64,000 nucleotides of DNA, taken from contig OY740812.1 in the NCBI GenBank assembly GCA_963514005.1, forward strand, positions 30,876,001 to 30,940,000, in the 5' to 3' direction. Made by a program: the position numbers and the translations under genes. The notes beneath the pieces were generated by a model. That model did not search any database, was not told the origin of the DNA, and saw nothing but the letters and a program-made list of their open reading frames with translations. Below are positions 62,537-64,000 of this stretch, piece by piece; within the stretch, counting starts at the first letter, position 1; every line of letters starts with the position of its first letter. This stretch comes from Raja brachyura (lineage: Eukaryota).

Positions 62537-63367
62537 AATAGATGGTTGGGTAGCCAACCTGATTCAGATGAGTCACAGTGATTAAAACCTGTTAAGAATA
62601 CATATCAAATTGTTAGCCTTGTGCCCCAGACTCCTGTGAGCCAAGGGTCTGAAGAAGGGTCTCGACCCAAATGTCACCTATCCATGTTCCCCTGAATTAC
62701 TCCAGCACTTTGTGTCCTCCTGTGTGACAAGTCTTATTTTGCAATGTGATTTCAGCCACATTTTACAAGATTACAACCATACCTTTGGATCAAACCTGCG
62801 AATACATACCTTGAGAGGAATTTTAAAAAGGTATTTAATCAAACAAAATATATTTTTAATCATTTGCCAATAACTAAATATGCTCTCTTCCACTCTCACT
62901 AAAACATTTAACATAGAACACAGAACAGCGCAGCACAGGAATAGGCTCTTCGCCCCACAATGTCAATACTAAACATGATATTGAATGAAACTACTTCCTT
63001 CTGCCTGCTTCTGATCCATTAACCTCCAATCCCTGTGTATCCATGTACCTATCTAAAAGCCTCCTAAACACCAGTATGCTATCTGCCTCCACCACCAACC
63101 CTGGCCATTCATTCCAGGCGCTTTACCAATCTCTGTCTCCTTTAAACGTGCCCTTCTCACAAAACTATACCCTCTGATATTTGATGTTTCCACTCTGGGA
63201 AAAAGATTCTGACTGTTTGCCTTCTCTATGTCTCTCACAAGTTTATATACATCTACCAGGCCTCTCCTCAACCTCTGCCATTCCAGAGAAAACATTGCAC
63301 AATCTTAACAAAGGTCTTTCTCTAAATGTGTCACAGTCAAGGCTGACATTTATTGCTCATCTCCAAT

Positions 63368-64000
63368 TCAATCAATCAATCAGTTTTATTCGTCACTTGC
63401 ACATAAAGTGCAAGTGAAATGAATTTGCCAGCAGCGGTACAATGAAAATCAACACACAAAAACACAATAAAAATTTAACATAAACATCCACCACAGCATT
63501 CATCACTGTGGTGGAAGGCAGAGAATTTGGCCAGTCCTCCTCCACTTTCCCCCGTGGTCGGGACCTCAACCCACCGCAGCCGCCGCTGCGGGCGTCCAGA
63601 TGAGTAGACAAGGTAAAGTCCAGGTAAGTCCTGAATCGGTGCCTCCCCACCGGAGACTGCGGCTTCAGGTTGATGTAGGCCGCCGGCCAGCGGTCGAAGA
63701 TCTAAAGTCCCTGGAAGCACCGGAGGGCCGGCGGTCGGAGCTCTTCTCCAGGGATCCCTGGCTAGGGACCCCACTCCGGATGGTAATTCCATGTCGCGCC
63801 CACGGTAGAAGTTGACCGCGGGCCGGCGGTCAGAGCTCTTCCTCTCCCGGGTCCCCAATGAGGGATCCCAGGCTGCGGATGCTGCGCTAGTTGGAGCTCT
63901 GCAGACCGCAGCTTCAGTCTGCCGCGGGCCAGCGAATGGAGTGTTCCCCTCCGGCGAGCCCCGGCGAGCCCCGACGAGGGCTTGCCCGCTCTGCGACGAG
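63368..64000 (-). repeat. GC-rich unclassified retroposon-like repeat running off the window end
   Basis: Minus strand ends gtgacgaataaaac(TGAT)n; CpG-rich body with short internal repeats (gggccggcggtc x2, ccggcgagcc x2). Confidence 0.5.

Overview
Eukaryotic, repeat-dense genomic DNA, most likely from a cartilaginous fish (skate/ray-like; inferred from the HE1-type SINE, CR1/HER1-type LINE and Penelope repeat content). The window holds one host protein-coding gene that I could assemble fully by eye: CD79B (Ig-beta, B-cell receptor signalling chain) on the + strand. It has 5 coding exons (3087-3165, 13674-13973, 24484-24602, 26070-26123, 34936-35031; 648 nt, 215 aa) with canonical GT-AG junctions, leader, Ig domain, Q-X10-P transmembrane motif and ITAM. 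Everything else is transposable-element sequence (CR1, L2, Rex1/Babar, L1, Penelope, DIRS, hAT, PIF/Harbinger MITEs, Helentron-like elements with minisatellites, tRNA-SINEs) plus a few unique AT-rich stretches; most ORFs in the supplied track are spurious or TE fragments. Most notable observations: (1) a family of small, independently mobile Penelope-derived elements carrying a minimal type I hammerhead-ribozyme motif, often as inverted pairs, including inside CD79B introns; (2) two separate L1 insertions each flanked by exceptionally long (~270 and 170 bp) direct duplications, one with an internal 'empty-site' control; (3) a 3-kb cargo-carrying hAT element and a composite Harbinger MITE; (4) lineage-specific cysteine and ITAM changes in CD79B. 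All assignments are by eye, without database searches.
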